A DNA stretch of 49,165 nucleotides, filler included, from Catajapyx aquilonaris (GCA_000934665.2; 3 parts of 3 records of this genome joined end to end with filler, not necessarily neighbours in it); one strand, 5' to 3'; numbered from the whole stretch's first letter, positions 35,375 to 47,902 are shown. Numbers and translations are program-made. The notes: generated from the sequence alone by a model not told the origin.

Positions 35375-37870
35375 TTAGATGCCAACTATCTCAATCATGT
35401 CTTTACACAGTATGCCACAGAATAGAAAGACCCTTGGTAAAATTGCAGCAACTTGGTCAAATGTTATTCACATAATTTAAAAAATGCCCCCTTTAAGATT
35501 TGAATTGCATATAAACAACAGGGCCAGGATCACGGCTAGGATATATGCAAAAACCTGTATGAGTATCTAAACCTGGGCTTTCCTGATTACCGCACAGTAA
35601 TTGAACACAGTTATGTTCTGCAGACATCCAACTGTGGAGCTGTGTGTCAACGTGCCACAAAAACCTTTGCCCCCAAACTGCACCTGAATACAATTAAATT
35701 CAACCATCTTTGCAGATATCAGGTCAGGCTATTTATTGAGCAGGTGAGCTGCTTAGGTTTTACATGTGCATGATGATCACCACTCATCTCAGTTTAACCA
35801 AAGCAGATATCACCATCTTCGCCCATTCAGTCATGAGATCTGTAATTTACAACAGTACTTGCTATAGACTTCAGCTTGACAACACACAGGCCTGCACTGA
35901 CATAACAGTAGCACATTCTTACATCACTACAATATCACACAGTAGTGGTCTGGATATTGCCGTTTTTGAGATGCGATACGTCTGCAAACTTGTCATCAGC
36001 TAATTAAATGCATAAGTTACTACAGTATTTACTTATATCAATGAATTCCCTAACTCATCATATGAAATGAATTTCCCTGAAATATTGACTTTGGGCTTGA
36101 ACACAGGGATTCCAACAATCAGCATGGCACCAGTTGCAGGATTAACTCTCACCTAACGAAACTGGCTGCAGTTTTGATATATCTAAAGATTTGCATATGT
36201 GATGCCCATTTTCCTCCAGTTCTTGGAAATCTGCATTTACAAGGTTCAAACGGTTGCCATTCATAACGAGTAACGCCATCCTGTGCATAAAGGCACAAGC
36301 AAAATGCACTACGACTGTTGTCTATGCAGCTTCATTAGACTACGGCAGGTGGGTAGGGGAGACTAATTGAGCTGGACGAGCAAAGATGGACCTGACTGCA
36401 TATTGCATTCATAATGGATTCATTACGTAGGACAGCAGAGGGTTGCCACTCACGATCTTTTTTTTAAAAACAGTATATAAGAGTTGACAAATATATAACT
36501 TGTGGTAGGCCTATACCAGAAAAGTGTTCCTGGACATTATTGGTTTAAGATATTCTAAAATCCATCAGGATCTTCAAATTGACCTCCTGGAACCATCAAG
36601 ACCTGGCTCAACAAAAAAACTATGGGTCTCCTAACAAAACCTTGCAGCTGGCAGCACCAACTTAACACACCAGATCTCACCTCTCAGCTAAATTGGCCAA
36701 TTTTAATTTCGTCGTTGATCTGACAAAAGGGGGAATTCAAAATTTCATAATTTTACAGGACAGCCTAATGAAACCTGCAAACCCCATACAACAACATAGG
36801 ATGGTGTTTTGATTTTCTGTTCCAACTCTGCCGCCACTTGCCCCATGTTTGCTGTTTTGTCAGAATGCGACTCAACCCTTGATGGTACTGCCAGAGGCAG
36901 TAATACTATTTTAGCAAAAATGTTGAATCCGCTCTTTTGTCAGATTAATGACGATTTCAACAGAGTTGAAGCTGATAGACAGCAGCATGATTTGAACAGT
37001 CTCACAATGTGTTCCATTGATATGGCAACCATCATCATCTAAAATATAGAACGTACAAGCACTAAATAACCAGCCCAGTATTCGAACCACTGGCAATTTA
37101 GTTTCAGCAAAATTGATATACCGGTACTTTATGCTAGAAACAGATAAATATGTAGCAAGCACAATACAATGCCAATGTGTCACCTCACATGCACAAGATG
37201 ACATAATTAATGCCAACATGAAGTAGTGCAAAAATACACCACATTAGCAATGAAAGGACAGGAAGCTCATGGGAAAGGTGCGGAGGTGTGAGATTGTAGA
37301 AATTGGTTTTGTCACAAATCCTCATTTTATATAGTCAATATCCAAACTGCCATCAATTTATGCTCCTTCTCAGCCACATATAAAACTATTTGCAGGTTAG
37401 ACCAAAACATATTCACCTGCACTTTGTTGCCATAAGGTAATGGACCATAGTGTATGTTCATCCATCAAAACATTTTGTACTGTATACACAGCTTTTGAGG
37501 TTGTTCAAAAGCAGCAATGTTAAGTTATTAACAGTGCCACAGTCTGGTAATGTATGACTCATACTATTTCTGGCAATTCAGGCTGAGATTAAGTTCCACT
37601 TTAAAAATGACCGCCTGACTGAAACAACGTTGCTAGACGTTTCCCTGCCATGATTTAGGCTTCAGAGTTTAGGCAGATTCCACATCTCAACAAAGCCTGG
37701 CTGTGGAATCACTATTTCTTGTTGGCAAAGCAGCCTACTTGGTCAGCCTCTGGCATGCAAAATATTTTTAAACAAAAGGAATAAGCGACGTCAAAGGTTG
37801 CTTTGAATAGCATCTCCATGGGAAACTGATCTTGTAGGTAGATTGACTGCCTGATTAGTTAAGTGGAGCC

Positions 37871-38836
37871 TTAGACTGGCTCTGTAATAGTACTGTCCTC
37901 ACTTTTCTTGTCTTTTTGAATGTCTGTCAGGACGACAACAGTATATGGCGAGCAGTCCTCCAGCTTCAGAAAGCTACATAACCAACCATAAAAGCCTTTT
38001 TCAATGTCCAGGACTTCCTCACGCCAGCTGTCAAAGTACCACGACAGCTGCACAAATGCAGAGTATGTGCCAAGACCAAACATAAACATAACAATCACAA
38101 AAGGGTAAGAAAGTATTAGAAGTGGTGACACCAAAACCTTGCATAGCAAATTTTTCTCCTCACTACAAAATGTAAAAATGTTGTACCATGTCATGGTCCC
38201 CATGTAGAAGGAGTAGAAGGTGGAAATGACAAAGACAAATGGTAAGCACAAGAATGTCCACAGGAAGACATGGATTCCTTTTTTCAGGCCCCATATATTA
38301 CAGTCTTTTGATTTGGCTCCACCTCTGGTCCTCTGAATGGATGCTTCCAAAACTTCTAACTCCTCTCTAGATATGTTGAGCTTGACATGGATGCTCTGGC
38401 CAGCCTTCTTTCCTCTCTGAATGGTCCCAGTCACAGTGAGATAATTGCTGCCATTGCCATCTGCTGCCATCTGTAAAGAGTCCTCCTCTTCATCTATGGG
38501 TGTACTGCTGTGATTCTTTTGCTGCTGCAGGTCATCTGAAGGCTGCAGACAGTCTGTTCCTGTTTCTGGTTCTTGGGTCTTAAGAGCTGTGCTTTCAGTC
38601 ACCAACTCTTCACCTGCATCTTTCTTGATTTCATCCATGACTACAGCAGTTGCCGCTGCAATGTTGACTTTCTTCTTTCTCCGAGTGGCGCCAGAAAGGG
38701 AGTCAGTGCTCAGATGACCCTCGCTGCCGCTGCTGCTACCTGGATTGTCATCAGATTGTGATGGGGCAGAGGGAGATGGCAACTGAAGAGCACATGGCAC
38801 AGATGGAGACTGTCCATTTGGAATCTGAAATTTCAT
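37871..38836 (-). CDS. TMEM169: Transmembrane protein 169, single coding exon (first in-frame ATG 38836)
   Basis: LTVTGTIQRGKKAGQ, FYSFYMGTMTWYNIF, QLSWYFDSW..DIEKGFYGWLCSFLKLEDCSPY; two hydrophobic segments. Confidence 0.9.
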   Translation of the reverse strand: MKFQIPNGQSPSVPCALQLPSPSAPSQSDDNPGSSSGSEGHLSTDSLSGATRRKKKVNIAAATAVVMDEIKKDAGEELVTESTALKTQEPETGTDCLQPSDDLQQQKNHSSTPIDEEEDSLQMAADGNGSNYLTVTGTIQRGKKAGQSIHVKLNISREELEVLEASIQRTRGGAKSKDCNIWGLKKGIHVFLWTFLCLPFVFVISTFYSFYMGTMTWYNIFTFCSEEKNLLCKVLVSPLLILSYPFVIVMFMFGLGTYSAFVQLSWYFDSWREEVLDIEKGFYGWLCSFLKLEDCSPYTVVVLTDIQKDKKSEDSTITEPV

Positions 38837-38862
38837 TGTACCATAATTCCCCAACAACCTAT

Positions 38863-39597
38863 TCAGGCTTGACCTCTAGAATGCATGCTTGCTACTTTTG
38901 GCACATCCCTTGCTCTGCTGAAATGGTACATGCAATTTATACTTACATCTTTCTTGGCTCCCACTGCTGGAATCAACTTCTCTTCAAGAATTGCTTGTTC
39001 CACTCGAGTCATTCTTCTGCAACCTGAAACATATTGTGTTATTAGGTGGCTCATGATAAACTCCGCGGGTGGATTGCGAAGACGGAGTTTAAACCACGGC
39101 TCAATTAGATCGCGGTTTAAACAGGCCATGTCTTTGCAATCCACCCCCCATGTCTGATCAATCCTAATGTTGCATGTGCAGGGACCATGAGGGCTATTTC
39201 GTTTATTAGGATCTGATGAGCTGTGAAAGGAACAAGATTGGCAAATCATGTGGGCGTGATTAGAGTTGACTTTTTCATGTTTACTGCTATTGTCCCCAAC
39301 GTCAGTCACGGGGCTGGGAGGGGGCGACCAGGGTGGAAGGGGCGGATTGAGTGAACACAGAACCCGAAAATCGAAACAAGTTAGCACGGCTCTGTCTGAT
39401 ACCTGTCCACAGAGCCGTTCTATACGACCTTTTTCTTCGAAAAAGTCTAAAACGAGTGTGATGAACTTTTTAAAAATTGTGTCATAGGTTAGCTCAGTAC
39501 CCAGGCACCTTCTAGGGGTAAGGCATACAAAAGCTGTTGCTGTATTACGACAAGTGCGAAGACTATGTGGAGAACTTCGCGTAACTTTAGCGAGCAT
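38863..39597 (-). CDS. Uncharacterised 244-aa ORF immediately upstream of TMEM169
   Basis: 735-nt uninterrupted ORF, AAAAATG start context, natural-looking composition; candidate 5'UTR introns upstream (donors ~39941 and 39737). Confidence 0.65.
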   Translation of the reverse strand: MLAKVTRSSPHSLRTCRNTATAFVCLTPRRCLGTELTYDTIFKKFITLVLDFFEEKGRIERLCGQVSDRAVLTCFDFRVLCSLNPPLPPWSPPPSPVTDVGDNSSKHEKVNSNHAHMICQSCSFHSSSDPNKRNSPHGPCTCNIRIDQTWGVDCKDMACLNRDLIEPWFKLRLRNPPAEFIMSHLITQYVSGCRRMTRVEQAILEEKLIPAVGAKKDVSINCMYHFSRARDVPKVASMHSRGQA

Positions 39598-40592
39598 TTT
39601 TTAACAATCTCATTGGATCTTAATTTTAAAATAGCAGTCGTATGTTGGTGTTACATTACTATGAATAGCTTTTGTATAGTACTTGACATACGTGAATGGC
39701 ACATTTTTGTGTCTTTTATATTAGTCAACAATCTCACCTTGTAGCTACCCACCACCCTGGGCAGCTGTGTATTCGTCTGAATGATGAGGCCAAGCTGCCT
39801 CTCCACCCCAGCACTCTTGTCCTCTGCTTCCAACTACTAATCGAGAAAGGATGGAGAAATCAATACGAGTAGGGCCGGCCACACAGAGCAGGCGAACGAC
39901 CTACCAGCCACCCCATCCCAAAGCCCCCCGCTCATTCCCTTACTCTGACTTGACTTGCATTACAGATGACACTCTAGATGGCAGCAGTATTCAAGGCACA
40001 TCACAGGCACATCATTTTGTGGCGCACAATTTAAAGATGATTAAAGAGATGGTTGACGAGAGAGGCTCAGTCACCTCAATTATCAATAAAATTACTCCAA
40101 ATTTGTTGCGTTAAAAATTCATGCTACACATCATCGTGAGAATGCCTGATTCTAGGGCTCTACCTTGGTAATAATAATTATAATAAATACCGACATACTA
40201 AAAAGTTAAGTCTCATAAAGTTAACTGAGACGAAATAGGTGTTTATCATATTTATGTAGAGTGATATAGAATGAGGCATTATCATTATGTGGAACATGAA
40301 TATATTTAACTCATCAACAAATTTGGAGTAATTTTATTGATAATAAGGTGACTACATTTACGGTACGCGTCTGGCAACTAAAAGGTTTTTATATTTGGCA
40401 ATTATCAATGAAGGGTTCTCCAGATTTTGCGGAAATCTCAAGTAAACATTATACCCGGATCATTTTAAGTGCCGTTCATAAGAAATCGTAAGGGTCGATT
40501 ATTGATCCATATCAAAATAAAAAATTGGCCATCATCTTTGCCATTTTTTTACGGCACGAAAACAACCTAGCGAGAGGGGGAGGGGGAGGGGG

Positions 40593-40594
<2 letters not shown>

Positions 40595-40635
<41 letters not shown>
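40595..40635. repeat. (GA)n microsatellite
   Basis: About 20 GA units after a G-rich run. Confidence 0.95.
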
Positions 40636-40637
<2 letters not shown>

Positions 40638-42485
40638 GGTGCGATAATTCGATACATCGACTGTCGATACGATATTTTCCTAATATCGAAGCAGTTTTCG
40701 ATGCACTTTTAATTTCTTGGTTCATTGCTCTAATAGCACAAGAGGTGCCAAAAAGAATATAGCGAAATACGATTCCGTCCGGACAATGTTACACGTCTTG
40801 TAACATTTGCAGATAATCGGTGATTATAATTATGTTAAAATGTTAGCATCAGATTATATCGTTAGTCTGAGTCGAAAGACTACGAGTCTTTCCATACGAC
40901 CCGAAGAACCCAGCAGTACACCACAAACCCATCCTGCATCATAAAATGCATTTAATAGGGACATTATTACTCTGCAATTAAATTCACCCCAATTTGACTG
41001 TCCCCCATTGGCCGCTATTGGCACACATTCTAGGGCAATTAACGTACTTCTCATGGATAAGTCTACCTCATGAACCTCATGAAAATGTATGTTAGTCCTA
41101 TATTATGACATACCGGTACGTCGACTTGCTGTCCTTGCCACGCCATCAGTTGTACCTGCACCGTGACCTCATGCACACTCCCTTCCTTCCATCACGTGCT
41201 TCCATCAGGTCGACGCTGGCAATGGTCGCCATTGGCCGATTTTCACCCACCCCCTCCTTGGCCCAATAGTGCCAACAGAAATGGGGGCGTCATTCGTGTG
41301 AATATGACCTTGGACAAAAAAGCATATTGAAGTGTACAGTACCGGTACCGTGCCGGTACTGTACTGGCTACGGCTACACTATACTGGCATAGATGTGGGA
41401 AGATTTTACTCTTTTCAGCAATCAATTGGGCCATGTCGTACTTTTTTCAGCATGCACAGTAATTGCTGTTACTGAAGCTTACTTTCAATTAAAAATGGTA
41501 GGCCTATGGATGGTTCAGTCCAAAGGTTCAGTCCAACTGTCCAAGGTTCAGTCAATTGCAGCTAAACATAATAATTGTGTGACTCAACACTTTTTTAAAC
41601 CATTTTAAACTCAATGGAGATGCTTCTGTAACATTAGTTGCACATCGAAGAATCGAACCTAAGTATATAGAAGTGTGTTTCAAGTTGTGACCCAGGGTGT
41701 ATACCGGTACCTGCTGGTTGATCCTCAGCATCCTGGCAAGCTGCAGGGTTCGCCCCTGATGTCCTTCGTTGATCGTTCGGCTTCCAAAATTCGACTTCAT
41801 CACCAGCCGAACCCCAGCCGAACCCTCACAAAACCAGGCGCCATTTTGGCGCCACACCACACATGTTGCCAGCTTCAAATTGTGCTGTTCTTAGATTCCT
41901 CAAGTAATTTTACATTTTTAAATTACCAAGTAACATTATTAAATAAATAAAATGTTGTTTCTGAAAGGTAGGTTCCGATTGTGTCATATTAATTCATGAG
42001 GACTTCACCGTCACGTGACGTGTTCGAACGCGCGCTTGCTGGATGACAAGAGTTGTCTGCTCGGGGGGGAAAGGATCCGGCCTGAAATCCTACCCAAGTG
42101 TTGGTCCTTTACGAGAAGAAATAGTGGTATTTGGCATACGGCCGATACGGGTAAACATCCAGGAAGTCAACTCCGGATTTGTAGCTGGCTGGATGCGCCG
42201 AAGTGGGGGGCTGCCCTGAAGGAAGTAAGCTCACACCATCTTTGGAACACTGGTTCAGGCCGGTTCAGGCACTTTGCTTGAGTCTGACAATATTTGAGTG
42301 GAAGTTCACCCTAATACATTTATTGCTTAAAATCATGTCGCACAGTATGACTCAAGCAATCACTGCCAATGCATGACCAATTGTAAATCAAGAAAAAGAT
42401 GTACTAGATTAACCAGGGATTAATGTTATTTTTTGGTGTTGTAGTTTGCTGTTAGCATCAACTCAACGTCGCTGTCTGTGCAAAG

Positions 42486-44069
42486 ATGTACCGTGGCAGG
42501 TGGGTGAAGCCGCCTGGACGTCAATGGAGGGGTTACCAGCAGCCCGATGAACAAGAAGAGGATGATATGACTGCACGGTAGGCTACTTATTGTCTCACCT
42601 CCCAAGTGCTTATAATGCATGAAAACACTGCATACCAGCATTACAAAAGCCGTCTCTTGAATCCATGCAGGTGTGTTCCTGACTACTATTCTTCGTGGAA
42701 TATGCAAAAGAAAGCCTTGGGTTAGGAGAATCTATACAGCATGGCTGCAGAAGTTTCATGTTGCCATTTAACATGTTCTTACATAGAGATTTTACTTAAT
42801 TTTCTCACGTAGTAGCATGTACGCAAGGCAGGGAAGATGAAATGATTCACACTTGAATCAAGTGGTACAGTACTTCAGTCTACCTGCATTTAACACATCT
42901 GGATTGTTATCTCTGGCAACAATTGTGTTGTGAACCTAGTCTTGGGTTTGGAATTCTGCATGCACATGCATTAGTCTGCCTTACAATCTGCGTTGCCACA
43001 TCCCAAACGCTGTAGTTGGTAGCTCAGAAGATCAAACATTAGAAGCAGCTTTGCCCAACTTGTGGGCTCTTCTGCACATTCACTTACGTAATTCTTAGTT
43101 GAATCACAGAAATGCACACTGCATCATTTTGTGCTGCTTCACATGCTTGAGCAATGCAAAGAGGGTTTGAAAATATGAGTTGGCTCTTCTGAATGTGTTT
43201 TCCCCAAAAACATAGCACCAGTTGATCACGTAGTTGTCTATCTCCTTGAATTTGCAGAATTATCTAGCAGTGTATGAGACAGTTTTGCAAATATTAGTAG
43301 TGGTCTCCTTTGGATAGGGTAGGCTGAGGGTAGGCTTGCGGTAGGGTCAATGACAGTAACTGATTATTGGAGACTCCTCTTCCTTCAGTTACCATGAAGC
43401 AGTGGTTTGTTTGCATATCATAACACACACTTCACATGGACACATGCTTGTTCTAGGTCATGGCGGGATTTGCATGGACAGAAAAAAATCCAGGCCATCC
43501 AGGCAATGACTAACAGGCTCTCCATGCAGCTCATCAGGAAGACGAAGGAATGTACTGAAGGGCGAAGAGCCAAGAGGGCTAAGCTGAATGAAATGGTATA
43601 AAATCACAGTGTTGAGGTCAATGACCCCAAGTTGCATTCCAATGTTCACTTGTAACTTCAGATTGCAGAGAGCTTCGAGCTGAAGGAGATACAGACAAAG
43701 AAGCAAGATGATAAAGTGTTGAAGAAAATGGGAGAGTCGGAAAGGAAAATGTCTGAGCTTCTCAATGAATACGCGAGCCTGTATTCAAAGCACCAGGAGA
43801 TGAAGCGCGGCATCTGCTCGATCCTGAACTCTGAAGATGGAACTGGGGATGTTAACCTGGGGACAGGCCGGAAAGTAGCTCCAGGGCGATCTAACTTCAA
43901 CTACAATCAGGAGCAAAACATGATGCCACCTCCTCGTGCTGGCCCAAGCACCTCTGCCGCATGGGCAAGGTCATCACCGAGACGCCTGCCCAAGAGGCCC
44001 GTGGGAGACCTAATAATATCCCATTTAAAATTCAAGTCTCCTCGACTTCCAATCAACCTCTTGGACTAG
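42486..44069 (+). CDS. Unknown coiled-coil protein, 3 exons (42486-42577, 43457-43595, 43662-44069), ~212 aa
   Basis: Phase-compatible GT-AG introns (CG|GTAGGC..TTCTAG|G; ATG|GTATAA..TTCAG|ATT); continuous frame; AATAAA at 44110. Confidence 0.7.
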
Positions 44070-44390
44070 AGGTCAGTGTTATGTAACACATTACTCAGTT
44101 TAGTTGTTGAATAAAGTTCACAGTTCTTGTCTAAGCTGCTCATCTTTATTCCATCACAAATAATGTGCATATCTTTATATATATTAATATATGTATATAT
44201 ATATAAATGGTACAAAACTAGATCTTGATTCAGCTCAGCTATAAAACAAACAAAAAAATAAAACTGCAGACTATTGATGTCTACCTACTGCAGACAAGCT
44301 CTTTATGGCGAAATTAAGTGAGATTGACTAACTTTTAATTCGCTGCTTAAATCCAGTTACATCTGTTATGCACAACCTTTTTTTTTTGCC

Positions 44391-44760
44391 TGTTGGGTAG
44401 GTGGCCCACCCCCATGGGCGAAAAACTGACCTAAAAGGAATTCCGTCTCATGACCCCATGACCCCCCAATTAGTGGTCAAAGGTCAATTAAGCTAATAAA
44501 AACCGGAGTTTAAAACCGGTTTTGATCAAATTTGTTGGGTAGGTGGGCCACCAAAATGGATGAAAAACCTACATGAAAGGATCTGGTCATATTGACCCCT
44601 TGACTTTTATTTTAGGGGGTACAGGTCAAAGTTAGCAAATCCCGTAGTTTCCAACCGATTTTCTTCAAATTTGTTGGGTAGGTGGCCCACCCCCATGGAC
44701 GAAAAACTGACCTAAATTGAATTCCGTCTCATGACCCCTCAATTATAGTGGCCAAAAATC
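44391..44760. repeat. Tandem repeat, ~140-bp unit, ~2.6 copies
   Basis: TGTTGGGTAGGTGG..CCACC..ATGG..GAAAAAC at 44391, 44533, 44672. Confidence 0.8.
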
Positions 44761-46761
44761 AAAATTAGGACAGCGAAAAAAACACCGGGAAATGTTATTT
44801 TCACCTACCGGTATTGTAATGCTTATTATACACGTTCGAAGATTCCATAGTGTGTGTTTAGTACACCCTGTAGGTATAGCTTCAAAATAACCCAAAAATC
44901 GAATTCAGCAGCCACGAAAACATGGGGAGAAGTGTTTTTTTACGATCTTATACGGTTTAGTTGAGGAACTATCATTTTCTTTCGTGTTTTTTCTGATATT
45001 CGCCACTGTGTACCAACGTTAATCGCCAAACAATATTATTTAGGAATTTGAGATCGAACACACAGTTGCGGATATGCCGAACATATATCTTGGGGGGGAT
45101 AGATGCTGTTATTTGTGTGGAAAATATGGGGGAAAATATCTTCAAAAGAATGGGAATAATGCGAGTCACACACGACACACAAACACACCCCTGCCCACAA
45201 TAGCCCAACTAGCCATCCCCCCCACCACAACCACCCATCGTGAATCATGAAAGAGGGCCCAAAGCATCTTTCGCCAGATATTGGCGCCAATAGGCAAGAC
45301 ATAGTCTGGCCCAAAATTTGCCCCAGCTCTACCAGCATTTTAGTGTGGGACAGTTTACATATCAGTCAGAGTTCTGCAGCCGTCCGATACGTGAGTCGAG
45401 CTTCCAGAACAACGTGTGAGAAAAATCCTCCTTGGACTTCAGTAACTGCTTTTGCAACCACATCTATTGGTAAGTTGTGTTTTCTGCATGTATAGGAATA
45501 TTGCTCACGGGAAGCGTAGATTTTCCATGCAACACTTGAAAGAAGGCCATTCCAGGCTGCAGACATTATTGGAGAAATAGTGGCACCTAATAGCCTATAT
45601 TTGTGAAAACCCATTCTAGAAGGATAAGTTTGGCAAACGAATCAAACTTACTTAGCGGAAGTCGGAGCGTAAACATTTCAGTACTGTACAACAAAATTAC
45701 TTGGAATAACTCCAAACAGCTTTTTTGGGGGACAAAGTGTACAAATAACAAAATGTCGGGAAAGTGCACAAATATTCGGAAAACTCAACAATGGATGGAA
45801 AGTACCCAAAAGCCCCGATCATCACCCCACGACCACCAAAATGCCCCAAGCTTAATCCTCATAAGTGTTTTGAAGCGAACCCTTTTGAGGATTAAGAATT
45901 TTGGTGGTGGTCAGGAATGGGGGCGGGGGGGAGCGAGGGATAAAGGGATGGGTNGACTCTGTCACAAACCAGGTGGGATTGTTCAAATAATGCTTCGCTA
46001 AAATTCTGTGTTAATTTTGATCTGTTTGTTGGAAGCCGTTCAGCATGATAGTAAGATGATTTAAAAAATCGACTTGTCGCCATTTTACATTTTGATAATA
46101 TATTAACTGTTCAAAAAATAAAGCAAAAATACGGCACCTGTTTTTGCCGCCATTTTTCCCAGACGGCTGCTGACCTGCTGTAATAGGTAGGGAAAATCAT
46201 TGCAACATGTTGATTTTGTAACATATTCTTAAAAACTTCTCACAGACAAGTCAAAATAATTAACAAGATTATAGCGGCATGAATTATTGAACCATTCCTC
46301 CGGAACTATACTATATGTTTATTTAATATAGACCCCTGCGTTTGACTCGAAACAACTCCCATGCAAGTAATCCAAAAAATTCATGTCACAATTATATCAT
46401 TCGAAAGGTTGTTTAAATCCACGTTACATATATTATGCGAGTTGATTTCCTATTATTAGTGTGTAATTTTTTAACGCAAGAAGAAGGCGGAAAGGTGTCA
46501 TTTTTTGACTACAGTAGTTGCAATGGAAAATCTAGCGCAACTACAAGTAATAGTTGGGGACAGTTACACCAAATTTTCCCCCCAACCCCTATACGTAATA
46601 TGCGATAATGTCGGGATAGAAATCACCAAACAAGTTAGTGACGCCTCTATGTTGCGTCGTCATGTGTAAAGTTTGATTTCAGGTTTTATCACGGAATAAT
46701 TACCAGCATTTCAACAATATATTTCTACGGTACATTTCAGACATTCCACGACGTTATCAAG

Positions 46762-46812
46762 ATGCCTCGTGGGTCACAGTACTACGATGTTGAGAGAGTG
46801 ATTGCCAGAAAG
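46762..46812 (+). CDS. Probable first coding exon of a chromodomain protein (MPRGSQYYDVERVIARK|)
   Basis: TTTCAG acceptor at 46740, ATG in CAAGATG, chromodomain-start motif Y-x-VE-R-V/I, donor AAG|GTATGT; next exon not identified in the window. Confidence 0.55.
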
Positions 46813-47112
46813 GTATGTGCAAGGCAATTTTTTCCAGCATTAGTACTAGCAACCTGGACAGCAAAGTTGGGGAATAGTGAAGCTTATTTCACTGATCAAG
46901 TTGCCAAAAAATGTGTAGTTTACCGGCAAATTTTCACCTAAAAGTTATTATGGCTAAATCAGAAAGTTGTAGCCAAATCTGAAATGGATAGGCTCATCAA
47001 GCGCATGGAAATCTGAAACGAAGTTAAAAGCCAGTGCATAATTAATTTGGCCAGCTGTTATTATTGTGCCAAGTTTCACCCGGCACTAAGCCACTTTTCA
47101 TTGATAGGATTC

Positions 47113-47220
47113 ATGTTCCCTATCCTTATCCCTACCCTTGACTCCTTGCATCGGTGAAAATGGTGGTATTCCACCCCCCTAAAAAGGCTCAGCCTTACCA
47201 CGGGATAACGTTAAAAAAAA
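47113..47220 (+). mobile_element. 3' fragment of SINE family B
   Basis: TGGTGGTATTCCACCCCCTAAAAAGGCTC...ACGGGATAAC + A tail, as at 7900-7960; similar tail at ~32500-32540. Confidence 0.7.
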
Positions 47221-47446
47221 GGTAAATCGCTGGCATAAGGTATTGTCAGTGGCGTCTAGTGTTGTTGTCACCCGGTGCGGCAATTCGTGGTGTCACCCGC
47301 CCCCCTCCACCCCCCTGTCCCAAGGGCCAGGACCCTCTCCCGTGCCCGACCGTACAGAATACTTGGTTCTTTTTTTAGTACTAATGAAGCTCTCATTGAT
47401 TGCCATGGGAATAGTTGTCATGAAAAGAACAAAATTTAAAGGTGTA

Positions 47447-47576
47447 CGAGGTGTGATCGAAAAGTTCCCGGACTGTGTTCATGAAAACATTAACATTTGC
47501 CACCTTCAAAGTAGCAAGTAGTCACCTTGGACACGTATACAACAATTCCAGCGAATTTCCCATTTTTGGAAGCACC
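47447..47576 (-). mobile_element. Mariner 3' end fragment with TIR
   Basis: TA|CGAGGTGTGATCGAAAAGTTCCCGGACT; minus strand CFQKWEIRWNCCIRVQGDY. Confidence 0.75.
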
Positions 47577-47594
47577 AAAAAAATTGGGCAACAG

Positions 47595-47741
47595 TAATAA
47601 TAATTAATAATTACTTCATACCCCGTTATCAGCCGGCGGCTCTTTAGGGGGGAAATTTTTGTTTTGACTGGAACTCTTTGCTTTCATTTTATTTGCATTT
47701 TGGGATAGGATAGGGACGGAAGGAAGCGGCTGTGGCCTGTT
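47595..47741 (-). mobile_element. 3' part of SINE family A, truncated by a minisatellite
   Basis: (TAA)n tail and GGAAGGAAGCGGCTGTGGCCTGTT as at 176-315. Confidence 0.65.
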
Positions 47742-47902
47742 TTTATACCGCGGGAATTTTCATACCACGTGAACTTTCATACCACGTGATTTTTATACCA
47801 CGTGAATTTTTATACCACGGATATTTTTATACCACGGATATTTTTATACCACGTGAATTTAGATACCACGTGAATTTTTATACCAGGGAAATTTTTATAC
47901 CA
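47742..47902. repeat. Minisatellite, ~17-18-bp unit TTTTATACCACGTGAAT
   Basis: About 9 tandem imperfect copies. Confidence 0.9.

Noticed and set aside
41100..41235. Minus-strand MATIASVDL...WRGKDSKSTY as a chromodomain-like exon
   Set aside because: In-frame stop and only a 3-4 residue resemblance
45247..46001. Several 60-130 aa ORFs, possibly a transposase relic
   Set aside because: No diagnostic motif or termini identified
47348..47385. DRTEYLVLF as the second chromodomain exon
   Set aside because: Lacks KW, has no suitable acceptor, and lies in repeat-derived sequence
47742..47902. CRISPR-like array
   Set aside because: Direct tandem units without unique spacers, eukaryotic context, no cas genes
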